From Zygnema circumcarinatum SAG 698-1b (Eukaryota; Plantae; Zygnematophyceae), in NCBI GenBank assembly GCA_037447605.1, contig CM074804.1, positions 3,945,909 to 4,009,908 on the forward strand: DNA of 64,000 bases. Direction: 5' to 3'. The translations under genes and the position numbers were made by a program. This document shows, piece by piece, positions 45,601 through 58,800 of the stretch (its first letter is position 1; every line of letters begins with the position of its first letter). The notes beneath the pieces were generated by a model. The model was not told where the DNA came from. It saw nothing but the letters and a program-made list of their open reading frames with translations, and did not search any database.

Positions 45601-48189
45601 GCCCAGACTCAACCTCGAATTCCTGTGAGCATTCACCTCCCATCACTGAAATAGAGTCAGGGAATGATCGAGGAAAGAAGCGGAAAAAAGGAGCAAGGGA
45701 TGGAAATGTGCAAGTGGGAGGAACAGAAGGGGATCAGGAGAACAGCTCATCAAGGAAGGAGGGTAGCAGGAGGAAGAAGCAACAGAGGAGTAATGGAGGG
45801 TTGGCAAGGGGTGATACAGATGATGTAGTCGATGTTATATCAGCCGAAGGTGCATCCCGTTATGTAGAAATGCTTTTGATGGAGACGAGCACCAGAACGG
45901 CGATGCTGGAGAAAAATGCAGAATGTGAGAAGCTGCTTAAGCTGCTTAGGACAGCAGTGATGAATGTGTTTGTTAGGATGCAGGGGGACGTTTCAAAAAT
46001 CCTACACAGGCCGCAGGCTGAAGGGAAATCCGAAAGAGGAGTTGATGTCAAGGAAGTGGGAGGTGGCGGATTAATGCTTCCTGCCTCTCCTGTTTTGGCT
46101 TACGTTAAGCTGGCAATGCATTTAGCCATCCAGCAGCGGGAAAACGCGGAGACTGAAAGAGAAGGAAATGGGGAGAATGGTAGGGGAAATTCGAACGAAT
46201 TTGGGGTTGAATGGAAGCCCGTGGAAGTGGTAAGGACGCATTTCTATGCCACGTCATCTGGGTCCTCCAATCTAACGAGCTTACTGAAGCGAGAAGAAGG
46301 GAGGATAGAGGGAGGAGGGGACAGGCGAGAGGGAAGTGGAGAAGGAAGGAAAAGATGTGAGAGCGGGAAAAGAGGGGGGGAGGCAGGTTCAAACCTCCGT
46401 TTGCAAATATAGCATTTGCTGCAACATCATAAGCAACGTCTGATTACCTTTAAAAGACCTAAAATCGTGCGATCTTTTCGGTGTTGTTTACAGGACGAAT
46501 TTGAGGAATCTTTGGAGGAGGTCGTGTATTGGGCCCAAACTGCCCTTCGAACGATTCTTCTCAATCCGATCGTCCCCCAGAATGTTGAGAGCCCGCAGTC
46601 ATCAGATTCACCTCGACGAGAGCCCCCATGCAGAAGGCCGACCAGAAATTCATCCCGGAGTCGAGGGACTGATCAATTTCAGAGTCCGACGCCAGAAACT
46701 GATAATAGCGAATCAAGAGGTAAAACAACATAATGTTCTATGGTGGACCTGCTAGAAGCAAAAGAAACATTTCAGGTTTTCAGGCTTTTGAGTTGTTTTA
46801 ATTTTCTGGGTTTCTTTTAGTCAGTTACGTCAGGTAACTGTGTTTCTGCAGTGCTTGGGACTCAGGGTCATTAAAGGTCCTTAGAGCTGGCTTACATTGT
46901 GTTGCCATTTTTCAACTACCTCCTTTGTGCTTACAGGAAACGGAAAGTTGTTAGAGGAGAGAGTTCGTTTGCGTCGTCAGTGGGAGACTGCGGTGATTTT
47001 TGCGGGAACCTTGTCTGTAGTAACAGACGCTGTCACTATGGGGTTAAAAAAGAAGAAGGCAAGCATTCTTGAATTTGCTCAACAATTGATTAAATGGTTC
47101 GGCAGTCTACCCATCACTGTTTTTGCGGAGACGAAGGGGATTTCAAGCACGAAGAGTGCGAAACGACGGAGTAGTAAAAGATTGGCACTTCGGAAGTCGG
47201 GTCAAGTCAGTGAGAGCAGTCATCATCCGTGGCCAGCTCTGCTTTCTTCTTCCCTATCACATGCAGCCAAGCTGGTACAGATTTCGACCGAACTGGAGCA
47301 GCGTAGTTCAACAGTCGGGATTGCGACAGAAATCATGAACTTTTTGGCGAATGTGGACTCGAAAAAATGGGATGGTAGTGCGAGGATACTGGCAGTTCTG
47401 CGGTTATGGCTACCTTCCTTTCTGCCAGCAGCTCTGGAAAGCAACTCGGCAGCAGGCAAGACAAATCCTGAAAATTCCATAGCGGAATTTGGATCATATG
47501 TGCGAACTCCGGCAAGCGCAGGTCGTGAAGGTGCAGAAGTCTCAGCTTGTTTAACCGGAGGAATAAGCAAATGGGTGCAGCTCCTTTCTGCCGAAACTAT
47601 AGCTGCATGCTGTGACGAGGATGGGGAAAGATTGGGCGAAGGAGTTGCAAGTCAGGAGTCCCCACTTTCATCACAAGTGGACCCACTTGCACATTCAGAG
47701 GATGAAGGGAGTGGGGAGCAGGATGGTCTTAGATGCCACAGCAAAGAGGAGAACTTAAACAAGAATGACGTAGTCGCGGGGTTCGGAACAAGCGAGGGGG
47801 GAAGGCAGTCTATGCCGGAGAAGTTGAGAGTGAGGACGCAACATGGAGAGAAAAACAGGCACTCGCATGGCAGAGTGCAGGACACCCCACTTCTGAAGTG
47901 TGTTATTGGGAGTGTGATGAACGGGCCTAAGGAGCTTCAAAGATCTTTTGCATCCTATCTGATCGGTTGTGCATGCGAGGCCGACGAGTCGGGAGATAAA
48001 GACACGGCCTTGGGTGCAACCGTCTTGGTTGACAGAGTGTTGGGAGTGACAGAGAGTGAAGGAGGTGGGGAAGGGGTGTGCATGGAGTACGAAAGGCTCG
48101 TCACACCCAAACAAGCAACCCAAATAAGCGCATTGAGGAAACGTTCGAGCGGGCTTTGGAAGGCGAGGCATTCGATGGCTGCCCTTTGA
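42665..48189 (+). CDS. NCAPG2: Condensin II complex subunit G2 (5 exons)
   Basis: Exons 42665-43927, 44029-44496, 44766-46229, 46494-46719, 46937-48189 with GT-AG borders. Motifs SRICETWW, EPFLFRSLQ|VANPHVRQNALLLL..FPL, LLMDPSVNVRILAI, LVHELAQD, VRVAAARLL, in a HEAT-like helical protein. Confidence 0.8.
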
Positions 48190-48932
48190 ATTTGGTGGTT
48201 GATATGCATACATGTAGGGACGGCTACTCTGCCATACAGGACGGCTACTCTGCCATACAGTACAGAATAACTTCAGTGGTTGATAGTCCGATAGGTGTGT
48301 ACAAATACTAGGAACCGACTTCTTTAGCTGTACAGGGAAAAGCTGATGCTGAGAATATGCATGTGTTCACACACTGCTCGAAGTTGAGTTATTTGAATAA
48401 GAAAGGGGTTCGATAAGGAGGCACTAAGGGGGGTTGCAAGGTCTGACTTGGCTAATCCGAGTACATCTTGACATCAATAACGTGTAAGAGGAAGATTATT
48501 ACTGTTGGTAATAACTGGATACCTTGAATTAAATTGCTCTGTACAAAAGAAAATGATACATATCACCTACACCTGTGTGGGTTTGTAACGGTTATTAAGA
48601 AACAGGAAAATGTAAGCTCAATATGTCAAACATAAAAACACGTCAAAAAGGAAAAAAATGGTTAAACTGCAAACATTCTGCAATGAAGGAAAGTCTTCCA
48701 ATCACTTCAGCTTCCTCCGGCTTCACATCCTCACCTTCCTTCATCCTCTCTCCAACATATTAAATCATTATTGACAACTCTCTATTCTTAACCCTAAATC
48801 CTCATTCTCTCGCCAAGAGATTAACCCTAGAATTAACGCACCCCAGCGTTTGGCCCTCCTCTCCGAACCACCAAACTAACCCAAAATCCAAAACCGAAAC
48901 TAATCCCCGGTTTTTTGAACCACAAAATCGAT

Positions 48933-49730
48933 CTATGCAGGAATCATCCCTGAAGCGCGCGCGAAGTTAAAAATGCCTCCAGCATCAATCACAGGCCCTG
49001 CCTCTCCGATGGGCTTCAGAGCATACTGCTTCCCTGACGAGTGATGAATGAGCAGATCATGCTCCATGTCAACTGTCACCACATCTCCAGTCTTAATCAC
49101 CTCACACAGACGGAGGCCCTCCGTCGCCTGCACCGGATACAGCTCACCGGTTGCAACGCAATTACGGAAAAAAATCCGAGCATAGGACTCCGCTACCACT
49201 GCCTTACAGCCAGCAGCTCCGAGAGCTACTGGAGCATGTTCCCTCGAAGAACCGCATCCAAAATTATCCCCCCCTATTATGATAGGAAAAGCAGTCTTCA
49301 TCTCTCCAGAGGGAATATAGCGAGGGCTATACTGGGGTGGAAGGCCAGCCATGGCGTAGCTTCCGAGCTTCTCATACTCTTCAGGGACAGAGGGAACTAG
49401 GGTTAAGTATTCTGCGGGAATGATCTGATCCGTGTCTATGTTGTCGCCTAGAACAAAGCAGGGGCCCTCTACTATGCGGCCAGATGGGGAGGGAGAGGGA
49501 GAGGGGGAGGGAGAGGAAGCGGACTGGGCGCGTGGGGAGAGGCGACGGAGCGGGCAGGCGGGGGTAAGAGGTTGAGAAGAGTGGAGGTGGAAAGTGGAGG
49601 AGGAGAAGGAGGAGGATGAGAGGAGCTTTGCGGAGGTGGGAGTGAGGGGGGCCTCGCGGGCGGCGGATGCGACTGAGAGGTATGACACGGCAGTTGAGTG
49701 CTGGCGGGCGAGCATGGCCGGGGCCGCCAT
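48933..49730 (-). CDS. leuD: 3-isopropylmalate dehydratase small subunit, plastid precursor (intronless)
   Basis: S/P-rich transit peptide followed by GDNIDTDQIIPAEYL, GDNFGCGSSREHAP, AESYARIFFRN, GPVIDAGGIF. Confidence 0.97.
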   Translation of the reverse strand: MAAPAMLARQHSTAVSYLSVASAAREAPLTPTSAKLLSSSSFSSSTFHLHSSQPLTPACPLRRLSPRAQSASSPSPSPSPSPSGRIVEGPCFVLGDNIDTDQIIPAEYLTLVPSVPEEYEKLGSYAMAGLPPQYSPRYIPSGEMKTAFPIIIGGDNFGCGSSREHAPVALGAAGCKAVVAESYARIFFRNCVATGELYPVQATEGLRLCEVIKTGDVVTVDMEHDLLIHHSSGKQYALKPIGEAGPVIDAGGIFNFARASGMIPA

Positions 49731-49852
49731 GGATGTGTGTGCGAGCGAGAGAGACAGAGGTGAAGAGAGAGATAGGGACGCAAAGCGCGTCCGTGCTGCG
49801 TGCGCCCTTTCTTCCCAGCTCCAGGGCGGAGGTCGCGGGGGGGGGGGGGGGG

Positions 49853-49862
49853 NNNNNNNNNN
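49853..49862. other. Assembly gap (10 N) between G-runs
   Basis: N run flanked by poly-G and (CGGGGG)n. Confidence 0.99.
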
Positions 49863-52800
49863 CGGGGGCGGGGGCGGGGGCGGGGACGGCTTCCAATGGA
49901 GAGACGCCTTCTTGGAGCTCGCGCGGCGCTTTCCCGACTCTCCGCACTTGCAGCGGGCGCTCGCGGAGCAGCGGCGGCAGCAACAGGCACGTGCGAAGGA
50001 AGGGGCAGGAAAGGAGGGAGGGAGGATCCGAGGTTGAGAGTTTTAAGGGCAGAGTGATGCAGGGATGCAGGGGGACGTTAAGTGTATCGCAATTAGAGGG
50101 TTCAGGGTTTGAAGTTTATTGGTCGACTCTCTCGTTCGAAGTTTGTTTAGTTTGCTGATGCATAATCGTGAAGGTTACAGGGACGAATGGGAGCTCTTAC
50201 TAAGTATTTTTTTATCATTGTTTTTTAATACTTTGAAATTTTTAGACCGTACGCTAAGTTTTTTATGACGAACCTCAGCGTTCTTATGGACAACCTTTTT
50301 GCCTTGATAAATTCATCTCGGAGCTCCTGTTAGACTCGACCATCAAAACTTGGAATTTCAAAAAGTATAATTGCGTTGGGGGAACTCATTCAAAAAAATA
50401 ATTTTTTGCTGGACCTTTCGTCCTGATTTTAGCATGCACTTTTTAGCAGGTTGATCTCGTAGATGTTACTTTTTCTTTCTTACGCTAGTGGAGTGTCCAG
50501 ATTAATCTCCCGGATAGCTTTTTGTACGCTTTCTGGTTGAATTCAGTGTTTTAAATTATAATCTTCTTGAATGCGCCGCCTTCGATTAGTTTCTTCGAGA
50601 GCCACTAGCATGTCCTTACTTCGCACGCGTCATTATTTAATAAAAAATTCGCAGAAAATCATTGTAGTGGCCTCTGTAGCGTCTATGTATGGTTGCTTTA
50701 ATCCGTTAGCTTATCGTCGGGCGACTTTCCTGCTAAAAACTGGCTCAACTATGGAACAAGAATTTTGCGCTAGAAGATTATTATCCTTAGACTATCAAGA
50801 AGAAGATGAAGTATTAAGTGCTGATACTTTTCAAACGACTAAAAAAAGCCTGAGAATCTTTTTCAGCTGGGAAGAGAACTAAAAATAAATATTACCAATA
50901 AACTTAATGGATATAGTGAAATTGATTTTAACCGTTAGTTAGTTTTTAAGTCGTCAGATTACGTTTTCGCCCCGTCAAGGGAATTTGGATGGGCAGGATT
51001 TTGTTTGGCATTTGCAAAAAGGTATCTTTTATTTCTTTAGAATAAGTCATTGGCTACTCGTCATATTAGTCGATAGCAAGCCCCGTGGCGGTCATGTACT
51101 TGATCACAAGGAATTGTTAAATCGGCAAGAAGTACGTTTTGAACTTGAGACAATGTACTGTAGTCACTGCGTGTGTATAGAAGTCTTTCTGAGAACTATT
51201 TTCTGACAGACAGTGAGAGAGAATCATTTTTATTTTTGAGTTAGACCGAGAGAGAGTCGCAAGCGAGCGAGAGAGACAGAGGGAGAGAGAAGGGGGGAAG
51301 GGAGAAGGGGGAGGGTGGGGGATGGGGAGGAGGAGTTAATTTTTTTTCAACAAAATATTAAAATTATCACTTTGGAGATGGAGATAGAGAGGGAGAGCGA
51401 GAGAGGGGAGTGGGGAGAGGTGGAGGGGAGCGTCACGCCGATATATTGGAGGGTGCATTCTGCGTGTTTGGCAGCTCACAGACATGTTCATTTTTTTCCC
51501 GTAGCTTTCACCTAACAGTCTGCATATTGAGACACTCTTTACAAAGTAGGAAGCTTAAAGCAGTTAGTACCAGAAGACTCAATTCTTCGTCCCCCACTCT
51601 CTCCCTACTTCTCCTCCTTGTCCCCTCTCCCTCTGCCTTCCCCTCTCCTCCACACTCCCTACCCTCCTCCTCCCCCTCCCCTTCCTTTTCCCATCTCTAT
51701 CCCCTTTCTGCCATCCTCTCCTCTCTTGTGCCTCCCCACATCATTGTCACCCCTCACACTCTTATATGAACAGAAGCTGGTAACGGATGCCAGTTAAGCT
51801 GTCAGATTTTTTGAGTCTGTATTGGAGCAAGGTTGCATTGGGCTTTATCGGATTTGCACTAGTAAAGGATCAGTTTGTGAGGACCAAGCTGAAAATGACG
51901 TCATCACCTTAGCAAACTATTAAAACTTGGCTTAGTTTTTTTGTAGATGGACTAACGTAAGCTGAGTTCCTAGTGTATGGATATTGCTCCTTTTCTCCCA
52001 TCCCGCCCCCCCTTTTCTTAAAAATAAAAAAAGAGACCGTTCCTGATAAAGTTTACCATGGATGGCTGATCGGGGCCTCTCAAATATTACCAGCAAACTG
52101 AAGTGTCTATACTATATTACACTTGTACCTGTACCTTATCTGCTAATGCTAGCAGAACTGACAACACATGGAGAGGATGAGCCAGTGGGAAGAGAGAACG
52201 GATGAGTGGTGGGAAAGAATGAATGGGTGGCAGCTTGGAACTGATTGATTCGTAGGGGCGATATGGTGTCTTCGGTTTGAGAAATTCTCCTTGGACTCAG
52301 CATGCTTGAGCTTTGTACTGAATGAAAAAGTCAATGATTAACTAGGTTGAATGTGATTAACTTTTGACATTTGGATTTTTTTCTATTCCACACGTTGATC
52401 ACCATTTGAGATGGTCTTTTCCAACCGGGCGTGCAGGATGGAGAAGCAGAAGATCGCTACTGGCTATGTGCACAAGCACTTCTTTTTGACCCCTTTTATA
52501 CCCTTTCCGCAGCTTCCATTTTCCGACGAGTTCTCTTCCGTCTTGTGCAGTCGGTAGTAGACAATTTCCTTTCTTCCGGCCCTCCTCTTGGCAGGGCCGG
52601 ACTCCATTCCGGTGCTGCCATGGCAGTGAAGCTTCCGGAACCGCCATGGAGCTTAGCGAACCACGAGAGGACAGCTGTCGCCCTCTCGCTGCTTCTTGAG
52701 ATGTCGCCTCAGCTTCTTGGGTCAGCCCTTGCTCACTCCAATCCATCCTCCACCTTGTTTCCAGCTTTCGTTATTCCATTGTTGACAGATTATTTGAAGT

Positions 52801-55800
52801 TGAATACTTCCCTAGCTTGCTATTTGGACTTATAGTCGGATAGCGGATTGAAATGGCTTTTGCAACGAGTGGACGAATGACAGGTTAGTTCTAAGGTACT
52901 TTTCGATCGCCCCTCCTCCATTCGAACGTTTATTCCGAGCAACAAATGGCGCCATTGGAGCCGTTGGAGAGATACAGCTGCCCCTACTATCTATCTGTCA
53001 AGCATCACTCCGGTTTCTCCTATTGTTTCCGACACAATTCTACGGGCTTTGGAATTGGATACCCTTTTTAGACCTCCTTTTTTGGAGGAAAACGTTGGAA
53101 CGAAACGATCCGACTGACGCAAAAGGAATAAGGGAGTTAGATGAGGAGGAGATGGATGTTCGATGGTGTTCATCACAAATAGTGTCAAGAGTGTCGAAGA
53201 TGAGTGATGCAGCAACAGAAAGGATGTCGTCAGCTATCGCAACCCTATCTAAAGAGGACGTATTTGGATGCTTGCTCAGGTACAAGTTCAGCGCTCCTTA
53301 TTTTCTATTCTGCAGTGGTTGTGCTATTCATGAGGGTGCTGAATGAACTAAGCCAGAGTTATTTTTCAAGGATAATGACTTTCAACAAGCCAATGAAGAA
53401 ACTTTCTTATAAGGGTTAGCCATTTTTCTTCAACTTGATCCGCCTCGCACTTTAGAATTTGTTGATATTTCTAATTTATATATAGGAGGGCGAGACAATG
53501 GTCTTTTGCGGGTGATAGAAATGGAAAGTGGTGAGGAGGATGAAATTTTTGTTTAATAAGGCTCCTGTAATTCAGTGGATAGAATGCTCTTTTCCTAAAC
53601 AAGTCGTCGGAGGTTCGAATCCTCGCTGAAACGACAGCATGATCTCTCAAACTTCACGTTTGCATTTTCCATGCATGCTATCCCAGGACATTGCTTTATC
53701 GTTTCTGACTCGATTCTGAAAGCTCTTTCCTTGCCCACCCTTCTGCGGTTACAGATGGCGTTCTGTATGCCAAGAAGTTGCAGTTGAGAAGGCACGAATG
53801 TTCCTAGAACCTTCTAAGACATCAGCAGACGAGCGCGCTTCTCTACCCTTCTCTGCCAATCAGCAGAACGCAATATGGGAGACTGCCGGCAGGCATAGCC
53901 ACAGTAACAGCGATTCCTATGTAACTGTTTGTGGGATTGAACTTCCAGTGCGGGAGAGCTTCCAGACGAGGTAGGCTTGCTTTCTGCGTGATGATCCCTG
54001 CTTTTCCGCCCTGTTTCACCCATTTTTTTTTTTTTTCTTTTAGTTCTTGAGTTATAGTGTCATGTACACTTAGAATGCAGTGTTTGTCCATTGGCGGTTG
54101 CATTAGTTTCTGCTTTTCAATTGTGCAGTTCCAAGCCAAACAGGAGCCCCTCACTGGTATGGACCCCCACAGCGAGGAAGAACATGGAGGCCATGGTATT
54201 TGCCATCTGTCAGAGGCGGCCAGTGCTTCTGAAGGGCCCGCCGGGCGCCGGAAAATCCACTCTTTTGGATGCCCTCGCGCAGATAACAGGAAACGATGGT
54301 GAGAAACTCAGAAAAATTTGAAGAATTAAAGAATGGTTCTATGTGTGCTCACGTTTGTGGCTTGATATCGTTATGGAGCTCTTGACTTTTAATGTGCGCA
54401 AAATTTTGCAGATGCGGTACGCATCCATGTGGATGATCAGATGGACAGCAAGACGCTTCTAGGAAGCTATGTGTGCACCGACATTCCTGGAGAATTCCGT
54501 TGGCAGGCGGGTGTTCTCACTCAGGTAAGAGGCACACACACTTGATCTCTCTGTCTCCCAGTGTCTGTATCTGATGCTTCACCCTATGTAACATGAAGTC
54601 TGGATGAACTAACACTCCTTCAAGTCGATAAAGCTCAAAGGTTTAAGTTTGCTTACTCATAATGTTGGCTTTGGGTCGATGGACAGGCTGTCACGAAAGG
54701 TGTGTGGGTAGTTTTTGAAGACATCGATCAAGCACCCTTTGAAATTCTTTCAGCCCTCATTCCGCTGCTGGAGGACCGACGATTGTTCATACCCGGGCGA
54801 AAAGAGACGCTTGAAGCTGCACACAATTTTCAGATTTTTGGAACAGAAACACGCATTTATCAAGGCGGAAATCACGGTTGGTGAACCCTTATCTTTGGGA
54901 GAGACGAGGGTCCCACATCATTCTTGAAAAAGTCACTAGACATTACCCTTTTACCTTTCTGATAGTACTAGATTCTCACTAGTTAGTAACTTTGTACCTT
55001 TGTACCTTTCTGACTCTACCGTAGCACATTGACACATAATGGGGCTGCACTCGAGGCATGACAGGGAAGGACATTCTGAGCAATTTGTGGACAAGTGTGA
55101 CCATCAACGGCCCAACAGATAGCGAGCTTTCAGAGATCTTGGAGGCGTCGGTTCCAAGCTTGCATAATTTGATACCCAAGATGATTGGTGAGTCATGTGC
55201 TCTCGTCCCTCTCCCCCCTCTCTCGCTCTGTCCCCCACACTCCCTCTCTTGAGAGAGAGCCCACGGGCACACGTTGAATCGCAGTTGGTTCGAAGCAAGG
55301 TAGGCTACAGTCAATAGCCCAACTTAATACGAAGGATGGAAGTGGACTTTTTACTTATATTACTCTGCATTTGTGGAGAAAGCAGAGGTCCTTCGGTTAA
55401 TGGTGAGCTTTACTGGACAAGGAGTTGGGGGGATATTACCAGTGGTCCATATCAGCCGACAGTTCTCAGTCAGGTATGTCTCTCACACTCTGCTGCGATA
55501 TAAGCAGAGGGTTCAGTCTTCATAGAGCTTCATAGAGCTTAAGTCCTTCATCATTAGGTTAGCAAAGTCTCAACAAAAGGCATGCATAAGCTCTCGTTTC
55601 AGATGAAAACGTTGTGTTGGAATGAATACTGCAGAGTTTCACGTGCCCAACTCTCTCTTTGAATTTAAAGGATGCCCTTGCGTTTTTCGCAGAGATGTAA
55701 TGAAGTGGTGCGGTCGCCTAGCAGCATTGGGACCGGAAGCATTCTCGAAACCTGCCCTCGCTTCACATGTCCGGGAACGGATATTTGTTGAGGTTAGCAA

Positions 55801-58800
55801 ACTGCCAATCTCTGAGTGAGCGTCTTCTTCGTTAGAATGCTATCAGCTTGTCTACAATGATTGAACAGACTTCATTTTGTCATTTACTGAAACACTTTGC
55901 CTTATGTGCAGGCTATCGACTGTTTTGCGGGAAGTCTTTCAAAGATTCCCGAACGGCTACATGTGATGGGAGCCATAGCCGCTTACTGGGGGATTCCGGC
56001 CGACAGAGTTGAATATTATCATTCGTTGCATAAACCGGTGTTACAGGTGAGTTAGTTCGTTGGACGGTCCGCTCGCAGTGTCATGGCACCACTCGGCATG
56101 TGCTTAAACTCACTCTCTAGATCTGCATGATTCATTTCTTTAATCAGTCCCTTCAGGAATTCCGGACCCTCTCGATTGGTTTGAACTTGCACGACCTTCC
56201 TTTACAGTATTCTATTAATTCAAAAGAAAAAAAAAAAAGAGTGAGAAGTTCCTTCATTGACGAATGTCCGCTGGTGCAGGCCACTCCCTCTGTAATCCAC
56301 ATCGGCCGTGCATTTTTAGACGTCCGAGAAACTCAGGTGCTGCTATTTCCCTAGCCTAAAACTCTGACGCCGTCCACTATGCAGTTTCCTGCAATAGATA
56401 GACGCGCAGGAACGCCCAAATCTTGTCAAAATGTCTACACTCAAAGGCTGCACTCCCCGAACGTTGTGACACTCCTGAACCCCCGACAGAACTTTTAAAC
56501 CTTAAAACTTGTTTCTTCTCCAGGGTTTTGGTGGCAGGACCCCAGGAGGGCTGTTTGCCACAACTGGGTACACTTTACGGCTGATGGAGCGAATAGCTGT
56601 CTGCATTCAGCGGAGGGAGGCAGCACTGCTTGTGGGCGAGACGGGCACAGGGAAGACTGCAGTGGTGCAGCAGTTGGCGCAGCGGACGGGAAACTCACTC
56701 ATTGTGGTGGTGAGAAGCCCCCGCCATTCGCTTTTCTGAGGGTGCAGACTCTGTAGAGTTGCAGGTTTGCCTTTTGTGCAATGCATGTACGCTGCCCTTC
56801 TCTTATGTGTTTGTGGGGCTCGTGCAGAACATGAGTCAGCAGAGTGACAGCGCGGACCTCTTGGGCGGCTTCAAGCCGGTGGAGATGCAGGGAGTGTGTC
56901 TCCCGCTGCTGGACGCCTTCACGAGACTGTTTCTCCTTACTTTTCCTGCCCAGGTCAGCCGTCATCCTGACCTGCCTACCGTACATAGCGTTCATAGGGT
57001 CAAATTGTTTTTGACTCATGACTCATGACTCATGGGCAGCGTCATTGCCAGTGAATTATCAATGTCCGACACATGTCGGCGTGCACCCAAAGATGCATGC
57101 CAAAACGCAGCATTTAGACCCATTGCTTTTTCCCTTGCTTTTTTAGCTAGTATCACTTTTGCAAATCACTCGAGTTAACACCATGCGTTTTCTTTCCCTG
57201 TCTCGTGCAGCGAAATAATGAGTACCTTGCCCGAGTTCAGAAGTATGCAGAGAAGAAGAAGTGGGGTCAGCTCCTTAAAGCATTTCAGATGGCACTTGCC
57301 CGAGCGAGTGCACTCGCCGGCCACCCTCTCGGAGGGGGGGGAGACCCCTCCTCTCCCGCATCTCCTCCGGGGGGGCAGAGGAGCCCCAAGCGGGTCAGGC
57401 AGCTCGATGAGAAGGTGGGAGAGGGAGTGGACTATCACCATCTCTACTTCACACTCATTTTTCATCAGGGAGTTTCCTTTCTTTCTGCTTACGACTTGAG
57501 GAGGCTTTTTCTGCGGGGGATTTTTTGCCTAGTAAGGTTTGGGAGTGCACAGTCACATTGAATATCTTGTACTTGATTTGCCTAGGAAAGTCACGTAAGG
57601 GGATGAGCTTGACATGTTTATTCAGGTTGTGGAGGATTGGAGATCGTTTTCGGTTGAAGTGGCGCGCGGAGAGCGGCAGATGGCTGCAGCCGAAAATGCC
57701 TTTGCATTCGCGTTTGTGGAGGGGGCTTTAGTGAAGGTCCGGGCTGGAAACTCTCACACATGCCAACTATCAAATGTGCTATTTTTTGACAAGATACTCA
57801 AGTTTGTTTAGCGACTTGTGTATGTACGTGTGCTTTGAAATTTGATTATTTTTTGGGGATTTTTGGAGCAGGCGCTGCGTGAGGGGCATTGGCTACTTTT
57901 GGATGAAGTGAACTTAGCGCCGGCGGAGACATTGGAGCGACTGAGCGGAGTACTGGAGGGGAGTACTGGTTCTGTGTCACTCACCGAACGAGGGGACATG
58001 GAAGTGGTACTTGCTTGCTTTCATTCCCTTCGCTTTGCCCTCCCTCTCTCTTTAATTATGAAAAGCCTGCAACTATTACATGGAGTTAAACTGGAACTGA
58101 ACTGGGGGGAGCTAAAACTCTTAAAACCCCTGAAATTTTTGAAAACCAAACCCCAATGGTCGCTACTCACTCCTGTTCAAAATGCATGTTTGGGTGGTGA
58201 AGGTTCCCCGCCATCCAAACTTCCGCATTTTTGCCTGCATGAACCCCTCCACTGATGTAGGAAAAAGGGACCTTCCACTTGCGTTGAAAAACCGCTTCAC
58301 TGAGTTTTATGTGGACGAACTCACATCCCGAGAAGACCTCTCAAGCCTCGTTTTCAAGGTATGCAATTAACATAGATGCTTGCGAATGTTGGAGAAAAGG
58401 GGGGAGAGGAGTCAGCCAGATGGGAAGTGGGAGAGGGAAGGGAAACGAGAGATATTGTGGGAGAGAGTGGTTCATGAAATCCTCACCCTAGCAGAAACAC
58501 CATGCATATACTCGAGTTGATTTCTGGGCTGTTTGGACCTATGCAGTATTTTGGTGACGCCCTTCCATCGCCTCCAGTCGACAATGTTGTGGACTTCTAC
58601 TTAGCCGCTCGCGCCGAAGCAAAAGTGAGTCTCATTTGACAACGACCAGCTGCAATCTAGCCTGTAAAATTTTGTTGTCGATACAAACAAAGACTATCCC
58701 GATATCACTTATCATCTATGCATGCTCGTCCATCCATACCAAATCCATAGCCCTTATCAGGTGGACAAAGCTGTTAATATAACTCCAGGTACCTTAAACT

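Noticed and set aside
48218-48260. 21-bp tandem duplication GGACGGCTACTCTGCCATACA in the CAP-G2 3' region
   Set aside because: Ordinary local slippage duplication with no further structure.
48933-49730. Intronless leuD, and the bacterial-like HD gene, as contamination or recent horizontal transfer
   Set aside because: leuD has a plastid transit peptide and plant-type sequence; the HD gene has six spliceosomal introns and plant homologues.
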